From: Paramoeba atlantica
Taxonomy: Eukaryota > Protista > Discosea
Length of the DNA: 64,000 nucleotides
Direction of reading: 5' to 3'
NCBI GenBank assembly: GCA_977017575.1
Contig: CDRNVI010000027.1
Span: 62,001-126,000, forward strand
Shown: in pieces, positions 32,717 through 45,168 of the stretch
How positions within the stretch are numbered: position 1 is the stretch's first letter
Layout of the letters: the number at the start of each line of letters is the position of its first letter
The notes under the pieces: model-generated
What the model was told of the DNA's origin: nothing
The model's database searches: none
The model's input: the letters and a program-made list of their open reading frames with translations, nothing else
Made by a program: the position numbers and the translations under genes

Positions 32717-35700
32717 TTCTGTACCTTGTTGGTTTGTTTTTTTTTTCCTACTCTTTTTCCGAAAATGGGCATGCTGACGCGTGCCAAGGCGAAGGATGCC
32801 GGGGTAGCTCCCATAATCAGCGCATTCGTATAAAATTGTATTCGTGAAGATTGAAAAACTCAAATCAAGTGTAAAATACATTAATGTAATCCTACCCTTC
32901 GTCAAATCCATCGAATATGTTTGTACATCAATATATAAAGTATAAAGTAAAACAACATATGTCACTTAGTAGCGCTACTATAATTCATTTTCTCACAGTA
33001 CTAACGAATGGGAAACTACTTCAATAGCCTCCGGGCGGGTGGGTGGGAAAAACACTTCGCTTACTTATGCTAAGGCGCTTTCCTGCTCCCCCGCCCCCAG
33101 ATCGCCACACAGAGACGGTGCCGTTAGAGAAGAAGACGCAGAGGTACCGATCAATGATATAGTTCTGCGGCCGCTAAATCCGTCAGCTCGGATTCTTTCT
33201 GACGAAGAATTCTACCTCCAAAGAAAAGAGCGCAAACAAGCTCGCTGGGAATTTCACGAAGCTTTACGCCAAGAAAGGCTAGCGAAACTCCCCGCTGCAC
33301 AGGACATCGAGTCGCATAGAATTTCTGAGCCGTGTAACACGTCGCCTCTTCCGGAGGAAGTCATCGAGTCGCGTATCACAACTGAGTCTCATACCCCCCA
33401 GCCGCATACCCCACTTCTCCATCCACCGCTCCCTCCGCCAACTCCAGCGAACAAAGCAACGGTTAAAATACCCGCGAAATTGTTTTCGAAGGACCTGTTT
33501 TCGAACCTTTTTTGTCGACGCGGCAAGAAAGCGACGGTAAACGCACCAGTTTTAGCAGATAGAATGCCACAAGATGCAGAAGAGGAAGGACACCACGAGA
33601 ACCCGCCGTCGGAAAACAATAACCATAACGACAGTGAAGAACCAGAACAATTTTTCGACTGCGAAGGAAACGCTGACGACACTGCTTCAGCAAAGACGCT
33701 GGCACTATCTTCGAGTGAGTCGTTGACAATTCTTGCCAACTCCATGTGTCAAGAAATTGATCCTGCTGTTCACTTTCCCATTCCCCCGGACGAAGTATCC
33801 AGATTGTCTGACAACGCGAAGCCAGGGGATCGGTGCCTGGTAGCATGGAGCTTTGACTGCACGCCCATCCTAAACGTATCGAGTGGCACTGTTAAAACAT
33901 CTCGGAAAGTGCGAAACGTTCGAAAACTAGCGTTAAGTTACGAAGGCATCATTGGACACAATATTGGTGAGGTGTTTGATGGGCATATTCCCCCTCATTC
34001 CAACGTTCGCATCTTTCGACTGTTGTGGGAACCGCGCGTACAACAGAATAGCGAACCGAGTAAAACGTACGCGCGCCGACAACATACTGAGGACGATCTC
34101 GATCGCGAACCGATGCCGACATTACGCACAGTGTCTCCAGAATATATTCCTTGCGTCGTTGCGATTTATCGCGATATAATGCGGGAATATGCCGATAGTT
34201 CTTATCCACACCGCTACCGCATCTGGCATAGAGTTCTCTCTGCCATGAAATACTCTCTGGCAACTATTCGAAAAGTTACGGTGAAGCGCCGCCGTCGCCG
34301 TCCATTGGACTCACATGACGATCAAGAATCATCGCAAGAGAATCATGAATTACAAAGATCAGAAGGAACTGTACCGAACGCTGACGCGAACGATAAACGC
34401 GCTATTAAAAAGGCGACAAGCCTGGTCCTCGACGGGTGTGTCTCGAAAGCTTCGCAAATTATGGACCGAGAAATTACGGCGAAATCACTAAGCGACGAAG
34501 AAATCGTGGAAAAACTCATAGCACTCCACCCGAATCTCCCAACGAGTTTCCGATTGCCACAAGACGCCCCTATCACCGCATGCATTACCCCCAGCGAGCT
34601 GAGAGAGGCTGGCAGACGACTCGCGAAAGGTGCTTCACCGGGGCCTACGGGTACGACGGACTCGATAATACGTATTCTCCTGGACGATGAGGTTTGCTGT
34701 TTGAGCTTAACTCATATGTTCACAGACCTGATCAACGGGGTACTGCCTGAAGAAGTAATGAAGCGTCTTAAAAGAGCGCGACTCGTCGCAATTCCGAAAA
34801 CAGCGCAAGGAATTCGACCGATTGCCGTAGGTGAGGTGTGGCTCAAAATCGCCGAAATTGTATTACTACAGCGCCACGAGAAAACATTACCCCCTCTGTT
34901 TTCGCCACATCAGTTCGGAGTGATGATTAAATCTGGCTGCGAAAAAGTTGTGCATGAACTTGATGAACGCTACGCGGAAGGATGCGCCATCTTATCGATT
35001 GACCTTAAGAACGCCTTCAACTCCCCATCACGGGACGAGATTGCCAGAGCAGTCTTTGGATTCCACAGCCTACGTCCATTCTTACGCCTCTTCAATGCGG
35101 AGTACGGGTCTCCATCCGAGCTGCTTTACTATGGAAAAGATGGCCGACTTTGCAACACTGTAATGAGCGCTGCTGGCGTGCGCCAAGGGTCCCCCTTATC
35201 CACTATCTTGTTCTGCGCTTTTCTTCAACCAATCTTGGAAACAATCGCGTCCGAATTTCCCACGCTACGTATTTATGCATTCGTTGATGACATCAATTTT
35301 GCATCGACTGACGCAGAAATGGTATCCAATGCATTCTTACGGCTTAAGGAACTGTTGACGTCGAAACGCGTAGAGACTTCCTCCAGTAAATGTATTTGGT
35401 TCGGGGGAATCAATCATATCCCTTTGCCGCATCAGTTAATGCAGGAAGGTGTAAACTGGGAGCCAGGCGCCACAAAGGTTCTAGGAGCATTCGTGGGCGA
35501 CAGTCATCTGGTCAGCGAAAAACTTGTTCAGATGCTTCAAAAACACCGTACAGCATTCCGACGTCTTCAGCAAATGGGGGCAAACAATGCTTCTGTTCTT
35601 TTGCTTTCCAAGTGCATTAATGTACGCCACCGATATCATATCCGCGTACATCATCCGGAAAATACATCGGAGCTCACGAGACAATTTGACGGAGAAGTTT

Positions 35701-37002
35701 CCAACACTCTTTCCTCATGGTTTGGCGGACTAACAGAAAAACAAATCTCATGGACACGGCTTCCTCTTAAGAAAGGCGGGTTAGGTATCACTCCTTCCGA
35801 ACCAATTAGGGAAGCAGCGTATACTAAATCCAAGCAAATGGCAACGGAGCGACCAATATATCTTTCAGCTCCCGCCCCTTGCACGGGTTTGGCCACACAG
35901 CTAACTACTCAGCCAAATCATAATAACCCTTCCGCCGATGAGCCAACAACAGAAGACCTGCACCACAAATACATACGCGACAAATTGATGGAAGAACCAC
36001 GCCAAGCCGACATATTACGAGCTACAAGTGCTAAAGGAAGTTACACGTGGCTGGCCTCCTCCACCAGATTAGTGCCCAGCAGACTATTCACCCTTGCGGT
36101 AATGCCCCGTTTTGGACTGGCACATCCCAGACTCCCTGCACACCTACAGTGCCCCGGGTGTCACACCTTGCTGACTTCCGAGAACGCTATTTCCCACGTG
36201 GCTGGATGCTCGACTTGCACTGGTAACAACGCGACAACGAAGCACAACAAAATGGTCCACAGACTGTATGAATTATGCATCAAAGCAGGCATTCCTTGTG
36301 AACGAGAACCCCGGCAGTTCTCTACGTACACGTGTGTCAAATGTGGAGCTCATCTGGATGGGGATTCTAAACCATCACACCAAAGGATCTGCGGATCAGG
36401 ATCTTTTCACCACTCAGGGCCGGATCTAGTTATTCACTGGGCCGACGGAGACGTATTCTACGACTTCACCATTGTGCATGAACTATGTCCTTCGAATTTA
36501 ACGCGAGGCGGCACAATCCTTATGAGGGACGCCATTAAACGGAAGAACAAGACGTACGTAGCCTCAAAACTGCTCCCCCAAATCCAATTTCAGTGCATAC
36601 CGATGCTTGCAGGAGGAGCTATGCACGCTAACACAAAGAACCTACTTCTCGCTTTAGCCGACGCGTGTGGATTAGCGCGGGATTACGTGATCCAAGATTT
36701 TACACTTCGATTACAAGAATTAAACGGATCGGTTGTTCTCTCGCAACTTGGCAAATTTCTAGTGCCGCAGAGCCGAGAAGATACGGCGATTTAATCAACC
36801 ATTCTTTATTAATTATGAAAACTTGAGAAAGTAATTTTGGTTCCGGCTCAACACATGAGAGAAAATCATATTATTCATTATCTGAAAAGACCGGTCATAT
36901 TATGTAACTTTATGGTAATTGATAAAAAAAAAAAAAAAGCAGGCTTCGCAGAAACTATAAAACTATCAATATGGTACTATATAGTTACTATAAAAAAAAA
37001 AA
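32717..37002 (+). mobile_element. Full-length SL-headed family B element inserted in YR gag; two poly(A) tracts (36924-36939, 36992-37002)
   Basis: SL 15-mer 32717-32731, ATG 32765 (MGMLTRAKAK). An AT-rich insert of about 210 bp at 32812-33024 separates it from the long ORF. Confidence 0.9.
33039..36794 (+). CDS. Family B polyprotein (Tudor-like N-domain, RT, knuckle, Zn finger, RLE); native N-terminus at 32765 is cut off by an insertion
   Basis: 1251 codons open. GIRPIAVGE, GVRQGSPLS, YAFVDD, CPGC..HVAGCSTC, SGPDLVIHW. Confidence 0.9.
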   Translation: MGGKNTSLTYAKALSCSPAPRSPHRDGAVREEDAEVPINDIVLRPLNPSARILSDEEFYLQRKERKQARWEFHEALRQERLAKLPAAQDIESHRISEPCNTSPLPEEVIESRITTESHTPQPHTPLLHPPLPPPTPANKATVKIPAKLFSKDLFSNLFCRRGKKATVNAPVLADRMPQDAEEEGHHENPPSENNNHNDSEEPEQFFDCEGNADDTASAKTLALSSSESLTILANSMCQEIDPAVHFPIPPDEVSRLSDNAKPGDRCLVAWSFDCTPILNVSSGTVKTSRKVRNVRKLALSYEGIIGHNIGEVFDGHIPPHSNVRIFRLLWEPRVQQNSEPSKTYARRQHTEDDLDREPMPTLRTVSPEYIPCVVAIYRDIMREYADSSYPHRYRIWHRVLSAMKYSLATIRKVTVKRRRRRPLDSHDDQESSQENHELQRSEGTVPNADANDKRAIKKATSLVLDGCVSKASQIMDREITAKSLSDEEIVEKLIALHPNLPTSFRLPQDAPITACITPSELREAGRRLAKGASPGPTGTTDSIIRILLDDEVCCLSLTHMFTDLINGVLPEEVMKRLKRARLVAIPKTAQGIRPIAVGEVWLKIAEIVLLQRHEKTLPPLFSPHQFGVMIKSGCEKVVHELDERYAEGCAILSIDLKNAFNSPSRDEIARAVFGFHSLRPFLRLFNAEYGSPSELLYYGKDGRLCNTVMSAAGVRQGSPLSTILFCAFLQPILETIASEFPTLRIYAFVDDINFASTDAEMVSNAFLRLKELLTSKRVETSSSKCIWFGGINHIPLPHQLMQEGVNWEPGATKVLGAFVGDSHLVSEKLVQMLQKHRTAFRRLQQMGANNASVLLLSKCINVRHRYHIRVHHPENTSELTRQFDGEVSNTLSSWFGGLTEKQISWTRLPLKKGGLGITPSEPIREAAYTKSKQMATERPIYLSAPAPCTGLATQLTTQPNHNNPSADEPTTEDLHHKYIRDKLMEEPRQADILRATSAKGSYTWLASSTRLVPSRLFTLAVMPRFGLAHPRLPAHLQCPGCHTLLTSENAISHVAGCSTCTGNNATTKHNKMVHRLYELCIKAGIPCEREPRQFSTYTCVKCGAHLDGDSKPSHQRICGSGSFHHSGPDLVIHWADGDVFYDFTIVHELCPSNLTRGGTILMRDAIKRKNKTYVASKLLPQIQFQCIPMLAGGAMHANTKNLLLALADACGLARDYVIQDFTLRLQELNGSVVLSQLGKFLVPQSREDTAI

Positions 37003-38667
37003 GGTCTTGACTTATGGGGGGTGTGGGAAGATAAGCCGTCTAAGGAGTACCCCTTTCCTCACCCGGATTTAGACTATTTTGAGATTAACATTATTGAGGA
37101 TCGCGAGGTGCCGTCATCAGTTGCTAATTCGCAAGTCCCTATTTCTGAGCCAGTGGGATCGTCTGGGGAACTGCCAAGTAGCGCCCAAGAAATGGCAGGG
37201 GGGAGACAGATTGAGGGACCCTCCTTGACGCTTCCGGAGGCCCCACAGGAGGGCAGGCCCAGGCTCCTTGACCCCAACGCATTGAACCCTTATGAACCGA
37301 TAACCTTTGAACCGTGGATTAATGCGTTAGACGACGACGGATTCCGTACCAGAGATTTGATTCGCGAGCTGAGAGAGGCCCCGGAATTTGGTTTGCATGG
37401 TAACCGATTTTATTATGATCGGAGCTTCGTTAAGCAGCAGGAACGTGTGTTCAATTCGATTTTTTGCAAGTGGATTGTTTTTGCTCGGTTGATACCAAAT
37501 TGGAACCAAGGGGTCTATCTCGAGATGGGACGCGGAATAATTCAAACCCTTCGGGATGCTTACTGGCGGGCGCGCCGAGTTGACGTTGATCTCGTCCACC
37601 AGAAAATGGAGAAAGATGTACGCCCAGAGGACAAATTTTATCATCATGTGAGCGATCAGTTAGTCGAACGACAAAAACTGTACGCCCGAGTCCAATCGTT
37701 TTCTACTTCAGGAACGCAAGTTTCACGCCCAAATCCAGTACCTTTTCGTCAGACCGGACCTCTTCAGCGACGAAATTTGTTGTGTTTCGGTTGCCGGTCA
37801 CCAGAACATATCTGGCGCAATTGTCCCAAGCGCTTTAATCAGGATTTTCGCTCGCGGGTGGCTGGCCCTGCCGCAGGCAGCAAGAGTTTATGACTAATCC
37901 CCACCCAAACGGCCAGTACTATAATTACATTCAAACGAAAACAAACAAGCCTTTTTACGCAAGCCCCGAAGCGGAGGAGAGTGGAATGCAATTTGGTTGT
38001 GAAGGATGTTCAGAACTTAAGCGGGAGGTGCGTGCAATCCGAGAGTATTTACGGCGGAACTTTGAGTCTACAGCAGGCGTGTCCAGCACGCTTCAAATTG
38101 GTGAAATTGTTAATGGGGGTGTCCACACTGACACCGGAAATACGAAACGCATTGGATGCCATGGGAGAGATGTGGAGCACAACAACGTGGCAAGCGAGGG
38201 CTCGCTTGTGGGAAAGACTGACAATGTTTTGTCAGTGGAGGGGAATAGAGGTCACCCCAATTCACGCGGTCGCATTTATCGCAAGTTTGCCAATTCGAAT
38301 CCAAGCAAAGTTAACGTACGCACGCAGCCTTGCATCAATTCTCAACCTGGCAGGGAAAGTGGTGAATCCTCTGCGCTTCTACGTAAAATCATTGATGGCC
38401 GAGGGGGCGACGGAGCCGCTACGCCAGATGACCCCATTGACTCTGACCGATCTAAATCAACTGTGGCTCCATCTACCGGACAGCGAAAGACATACCTTGC
38501 TACTTTGTTGGAAGGCAGCAAGTCGGTGGTCAGAGACGGCAATGTTGACCCGAGACAAGTTTCACGAGATATCGCCTACCAGGATAGTGATTTGGTGGGG
38601 GCGCCACACAAAAACGTCTCGCTTCAATCCTTACCGCCCGTCAATGTATACGGTAGTGGAAGGTCCG

Positions 38668-38832
38668 TTTTTTTTTTTTTTTTTTGGCGTATTCCATTAT
38701 AATCTTCCTCGTGCCTGCGGCATTCATACGCTTTTGAAGGGGGAGTCTGCGGTATACATATGAAATACAATCACTATTTTACACAAGTTTACATATTATA
38801 AAGGAACCTAATATTCTGATCTGCGTATTAGG
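38668..38832 (-). mobile_element. 165-bp poly(A)-tailed retro-insert in the YR/pol overlap of copy 2
   Basis: T18 run directly after AGGTCCG (38661-38667); second AGGTCCG at 38833-38839. ORF offset to copy 1 rises by 172 (165+7). Confidence 0.92.
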
Positions 38833-40792
38833 AGGTCCGGGAACGAGCCGGCTGGCGAACTATATTTCCAGACTTGGGGGGTACCAGCCAATGTCTCGAA
38901 CAACGGTATCCGAAGCGGATCGCCAAATAAGGCGCATTTTGGGGGAAGGATTCGGGACGCACTCTGCCAAGAGGGGGGCGATAACTCAGTTGTTCGCCGA
39001 GGTCGCAAAGGGGGGTACGGGCCTCGAGGAAGTACAGCGGTTAGCGAAGCATCAGTCGCTGGAGTCACTCCTAAGATACAATGCAGACCCCGTTACGACG
39101 GCGCTAGCGCTGGGTACGCAGAACGCGACAAGCCGGTTAAACATAATGTAGACGCTGATTTTGTTTTTCGCAAGTTTTTGGAGGACATTCCTCACGAGAA
39201 AGTTCGGCATACGATCACACGTACACGACGCACTTCGAAAGTAGCGCTCCCAAAAGATTTTTCCATCCCATTGCATGTGAAAAAAGGTATTCCACGCATT
39301 GAAGTGCAAGCCCTCAGGAATATGATGAATGAGACTGCGGGAGCTCGATTCGACGAGACGTGGAATACGTTGTTATCTTTACCAGGGGTGGCATCTCGGG
39401 TTCCCACATATCGATCTTTCTTGCCGGAGGGAGATGTAAAGGAGTTGGTCGACGCGGGTTTCGTTTCGCGTGTGGATGCAGAACAGGAGAGTAGTCGCCC
39501 CACGATGGATTGGGTAATCCCTTTCACTGTTGTTGAACCGGCCGATGATGGCTCCGAGAGAAGACGTTTTATTGCATGGACACAGGAGGATAATGAGCGG
39601 ATTAAGGAGAGTTACGTGCCATATGTTCCTGTGAGACACGCAGCTTTCTATCTACACCGCGCGAAGGAACAGAGTGCGGTGAAGCGTGATCTTGCGTGCG
39701 GATTTTGGCAGGTCGCAATTCCGTTATCATGCCGTCAAAAATTTCGTTTCGTGAATAAAATGGGGGACCTGTATGAGATGACGGTGATGCCGATGGGCCA
39801 CCGGTGTGCACCGGAGCTGATGCACGCATTAACTGCAACGCTGGCTGGAGATAGAGAATATTGTGAGAACAAAATGGCGTTTTTTCATGGAGGCCTCGAT
39901 ACTTATATCGATGGAATTCGATTTGCAGGGAATGACAAGATCACAAACGACTTTGCGCGATTCGTGGACGATAGAGCGGAGCGGGTGAATGCCTTGTTTA
40001 AGGATCATGGTCTTCCACCTGAGCAGCGGTACACATTCAACGGTATAACATATCACCATCGTGAGGGGAAGGTATCACTGGGACCAAAATTGACCCGCAG
40101 ATTAGAGCATGATGAATTTATTGGTGCTACGTATTCATCGTTAGAGGCTGGTGTCGGACGTCTGGTTTTTGCCTCAGGTGTCATGGGTGTGAATCTACCT
40201 CAATATCATCTGGAGTTAAAAATTGTGCGCCGGAGAATCAATAGGTTAAATCGAGAACCCGAACTGCTCGATCAAATAGTGCCCTTGCCAACGCCAGTAC
40301 GGGTTGCGCTAACTGAGTGGCGCGATACCCTTTTATATCGATCGCCGGTGGTTCCGCTTCCGCATCCGGAAACAGTTCCGCATCGGCACATTTTATGTAC
40401 AGACGCCTCCTCGAAGGGTTGGGGGGCAGTTTTATATCTGGATTACGGACAAATGTTGTGCACTGGATCTCAATGGCCCCCTGATTTCGAGTATGAAGTT
40501 AACCGCGCGGAAGCGCGGGCTGTTCGCTTGGCCTTTCAAAAATATGGTCATCATTTTAACTCGGATACATGCGTCGACCTGTATGTTGACAATACTTCAT
40601 GCGTTGCTGCGATAAATAGAAAAATGTCACGTTCAGACGGTATAACTTCTGAGCTACGCCGGTTGTTAGATTTCTTAAAGCGTAAAGGTGTCGCCGTTCA
40701 GGCACAGTATATTTGTTCGAGCGAAAATCCGGCCGATCCTTATAGTAGACTCTGCACGGTAGACTCGGATAAAGCAGATGTCATGTAGTCGA

Positions 40793-40793
<1 letters not shown>

Positions 40794-40823
<30 letters not shown>

Positions 40824-43697
40824 CAAGTGTGAAATCTTTATGAGAAATGTTCACCTTCCCCCCTTCTCTCAATTTTCAAAGAGAAACTATCCCGAAAATG
40901 AAATCTATATAATTTTATAAGCTGACTCAGCTTATAGTGATATTGTGTTTAGAACTTATATACTATATTCTTGAGTTTGCGTGCAGCCGTCTAAGTATTT
41001 CTTTAGCTGCGCATAAATCCCTAATCCATTAAGCTCCTGAATCGTCAGCTTCATTTCGAGTTCGACCTGTTTCCTGTTTAGCATGGCCGCGTCTGCTAGC
41101 GAGTGTACCAAGTTCTGCGTATTGCGGTGCAAAGCGCCTCCTGCCAGTACGGGTAAACATTGAAATGAGTCTTCACGAATTAAGTTCGTACGTACATATG
41201 TGTTGGACTTTCGCTGCAGCGCGTCATTCATGAGCTGTGCATTTCTTTCCACGATTAGACATTGAGAGTTCGTGAATAACTGTCAGATCATAGAAGACCG
41301 CACCCATGTTCCAATAGATCACGAGATCGGGGCCAGACCGACAAAGTTTTTTTCCTGCACAAGTCTTCTGATGTACCAACTGGTTTTCCGGACTGATTGT
41401 GGCTCGGCAAGCGATGCACTTCCACGTAGAAAAGTTTCTAGGTTCCGTTTCACATGGGATGCCTGCTTTCACGCATAGACGATGTAAAAATCCGACAAGT
41501 GAGTTATGTTTCACGGTCGTATTTATACCTGAACATTGAGCACAGCCTGGGATATGGGTGAGGGCGTTTCGGTTATTGAGGAGAATACTGCACCCTGGAC
41601 ACAATAGACTGGTAGGTAGATCTGGGTGTTGGGCATTTAGTCGTGGCATAATCGCGAGTTTGAAGAGATGGGAAGGGATGTACTTCGCGTTGGAAAGGAT
41701 CCAGTCGCTGTTTCCTTTGAAGGATGTGGCTTGTAGAATGGGCTTAATGTCGGGATCCGTTTGCAACTCTTTCAATACTTCGACATGATGGATGCAGGTG
41801 GAAGCTTTTTCGTCCACTGGTATGACTTTCATTGTCGAGTTCTTAGGAATAGACGGGTGTGATGGCACCGCGTTGTCGATCCGAGCTGAAAAAGAGTTTC
41901 GGCGCTCAAGAACCGAGTAGCGGGATGCCACATATGCCGTCTCCCTAAGGGGACTGCTCGCTGTCAAACCCATTCCTCCCTTCTTAACGGGTAATCGTAC
42001 AATTTTCATTTGATCGGGAGAGAGTGGACCAATCCAAGACTCTACCACATTTTCAACCTCTTGATCAAATTGTGATGATGCTTTCTCTGTTGTTTCGGGC
42101 GGGTGGACACGAATCAGGTATTGTTGACGAACATTGGCACATTTTGCTAAAAGAATCATCGATATATTATTGATGCCCATTCGTTTTAGCCGCCGAAAAG
42201 CTGTGACCTGCTTCTCTAGTTGACGCAAAAGTCGTTCACTTATTGTGTTGTTTTCTCCAATATACGCTCCGAGTACTTTGACCGCTTCGTCCTCCGACTT
42301 TACACCTTGGGTGCTCAGCGAATTCGGTATGGAATTTCCGGATTTTCCTCTGAACCAAACGCATTTTGCCTCGGCTAGTTTCACCTGTTTTTCTTCTAGG
42401 AGACCTTTGAGCCTAAAGAATGCTTTCTCCAGTTCGGTTGAATCTCGAGACACTAACGTTATATCGTCAATGTATGCATTTATTTCAATACCTGGAAATT
42501 CGGAGGCCAGTGTCTCGAGTATTGGTTGACAGAATACGCAAAAGTAAAGACTAGCCAGAGCAGACCCTTGCCGTACACCTGCTGAGCTCATTATAATGTC
42601 CGTCAGGCTGCCATCGGAGCCATAAAATAAAAGTTCGGAAGCATTTGAATATTCGGCCGCAAAGAACCTTTGAAAGGGTTTCAGTGTAGCGAAAGCAAAA
42701 ACGCACTTTGCAATTTCCTCTCGTGAGGGTGAGTTGAATGCATTTTGCATATCCACAGTCAGGATTGAGTGTCCGTCAAGCCAGCGGTCCCGCAACTTGT
42801 GTACGATTCGTTCGCACCCCGCTTGAGAGAATACGCCTTGTTGCATTGGTGCAAAGAGGGGTTCCAGTGACTTTTCGTATCTTTGCAGCAGAATTATTCC
42901 AGCTAATTTGCTAAATATTTCTCCAATGGCTACTGGGCGTACTCCCCCGTTGGGCTTGTCGATGGCTACGAGTCTTGCCCGATTTAGACGCTGTAGAACT
43001 TGTCTAGATAGGAATCCGTTGATCAGATCGCTCATCATGTGACAAAGACTATTGCAACATGGCTCGTCGTCTATGAGAAGTCTAACGATGCTGTCGGTCG
43101 TACCTGTAGGCCCAGGGCTCACACCTTTTGCCAGTCGTCTACTTGCACATCTTAGTTCTTGTACGGCTATTCCTGCGATAATCGGTGCATCTTCCGGAAC
43201 TTTGAAATTGCAGTTTTGTTCTGGATGAAGTGCACGTAGTTTTTGGACTTTTTCTTGATCAGTCAACGTGCTCTTCTGAAAAGAACAGTCCAAAATCCTT
43301 GAAGCCTTCGATGTACAGTTTTCTAGCACCAAACGAGTGGCCCGTTTGATTGCTCGCTTGTCCTCATGAAAAAACTCGTCTTCTGGTTGATTGTGTTCAA
43401 CTGTCTCTTGTTGTATGGGTCTTCGCCGCCGTTGTCTACTATTGGCTTGACGCACGGAAGCTAATGAAAGTTTCATTGCAGACAAAACTTTATTCCAAAT
43501 TTGATTTCTTTGTACGTAGTCGCTTTCTGCATAGATGGCATGATGTCCCTGTATATGGCAATCACACTGGAGATAAAATCAGGACTAATGGTTTTCGCGG
43601 TTGGAATTGGGAGATGGTCTACGTCTTCAGCTCCTGTGTCCAGCTTAAGCGCTCTGGCCTTTTTAACATGTGTTTCTTCGCGGGTCTCAATAGGAAG
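40794..43697 (-). mobile_element. 5'-truncated family B element (frameshifts near 43545 and 41250) inserted just after the YR pol stop
   Basis: Poly(A) 40794-40814; TSD GTCGAC(TT) at 40788 and 43698; ORF 41224..43485 with GVRQGSAL, NAYIDD, SGPDL. Confidence 0.92.
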
Positions 43698-44560
43698 GTC
43701 GACTTACTTTGAATTTGAAGATACGATACCAAAAAGAAAAAAAAAATGTAGCAGTGAATATCGAGAAGCACGGGCACGGTGAGCGATACGGAATTTCCTT
43801 ATGATTTATTTTGGCGGAGTAGGCACCGCTGAAATACATCAACGTGCGATTGGGTTGTAAATGGAAGTAGGACGAGCGAATGGGTGGTCCCCGCGTCACC
43901 CGTTCGCAAGCTGGGAGAGGACAGAAGTGTTGTGGGATTATTTAATTTTGTTATGTTATGACCGGTCATACAGTATTCATATGAATTTTGAATGTGCATA
44001 GAATTGAACGTATCAAATATCAGATAGAAGAGGGGAATGAAGATATTGTTTTGCTTAGTGCTTTCTTTCTTTCTTATAATATTTATGATGCACAATTCTC
44101 ATAGTTTACGGAGAGAATTGGGCGAATAAATTATTTACGTTATACCAGTTTATCTATTGTGTGATGGCCGAGGGGCATTGTACCTGTTGTAAGAATTCAA
44201 CTGATTTGATATATACACCCCCCAGATGTAACCCCATGTGTATACAGACGAATATGACGTTTGCTATGGTGATTATAAATTCAAGACTTTATTTCCTTTG
44301 TTAATTCGCGACAGTTAAAGTTTCCCCACCCGCCAAACCCCCTAACCACTCCCCGCGTCACCCGTTCGCAAGCTGGGAGAGGACAGAAGTGTTGTGGGAT
44401 TATTTAATTTTGTTATGTTATGACCGGTCATACAGTATTCATATGAATTTTGAATGTGCATAGAATTGAACGTATCAAATATCAGATAGAAGAGGGGAAT
44501 GAAGATATTGTTTTGCTTAGTGCTTTCTTTCTTTCTTATAATATTTATGATGCACAATTC

Positions 44561-45148
44561 GATAGAAAACTCTGAGAAGCAACAAAAAGGCAACAAGACC
44601 ACAGGGACACAAGGAGTACGCACGGCACTGAAGAAACTAGTCAATGACGAGCACGAAAAACTTGCGGCAGAGCTGAAAACAAAACCACGTTTCAGTGGAG
44701 TTATGAAGCGCTCGAAGGAAGCAAATTTTCATCTCCTCTCGACCAACAACTACGTAAACCCGTACCTCTTCCAGCAAACGCTCAAGATGAGGCTGGCCGT
44801 CAGTCTCCCTTCTTCGAGTAATATCTCCTGTCCTGGATGCGGGGTCAGTGAATCGCCCTCCGGAATATTTCCACACGTTGCAGGTTGCTCGAAATGTGCT
44901 GGGATGAACTGTACGAGAAAACACTCACACATTGTTCGATACCTTTCAAATCTATGTGGAAAAGCTGGACTCCCATGTGCGGTGGAACCGCGTCTGTATT
45001 CATCGTTCTTTTGCACGAAGTGTAAGTGCTCTATTTCACCAGAAGCAGCGGAGAGACACCCATGCAGAGCTCGTCGTATACGTTCGGGCCCCGATCTGGC
45101 CATAATGTGGCCAGATATTGGAGAAGTCCTCTACGATGTCACAGTCGT
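44561..45148 (+). pseudogene. Family B knuckle/RLE fragment truncated at both ends (duplicate at 57252-57839)
   Basis: CPGC...HVAGCSKC...EPR...SGPDLAI...YDVTVV, then abuts an SL. Confidence 0.85.
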
Positions 45149-45168
45149 ACGATAAAGGTACAGTATCG

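Larger units (their letters stand above)
32249..44560 (+). mobile_element. YR retrotransposon copy 2, in tandem with copy 1, disrupted by three RLE-type insertions; right end B1 43888-44098, A2 44097-44323, spacer, B2 44350-44560
   Basis: gag 32479-32714 resumes at 37003; pol resumes at 38840 and the 3' region at 43698. Near-identical to copy 1. Confidence 0.92.

Noticed and set aside
32717-32770. SL followed by GT, as in an SL RNA gene
   Set aside because: GTTTG leads into a pyrimidine tract and an ATG with the MxLTR(A/S)K start seen in other elements. The SL is 5'-truncated and there is no array context.
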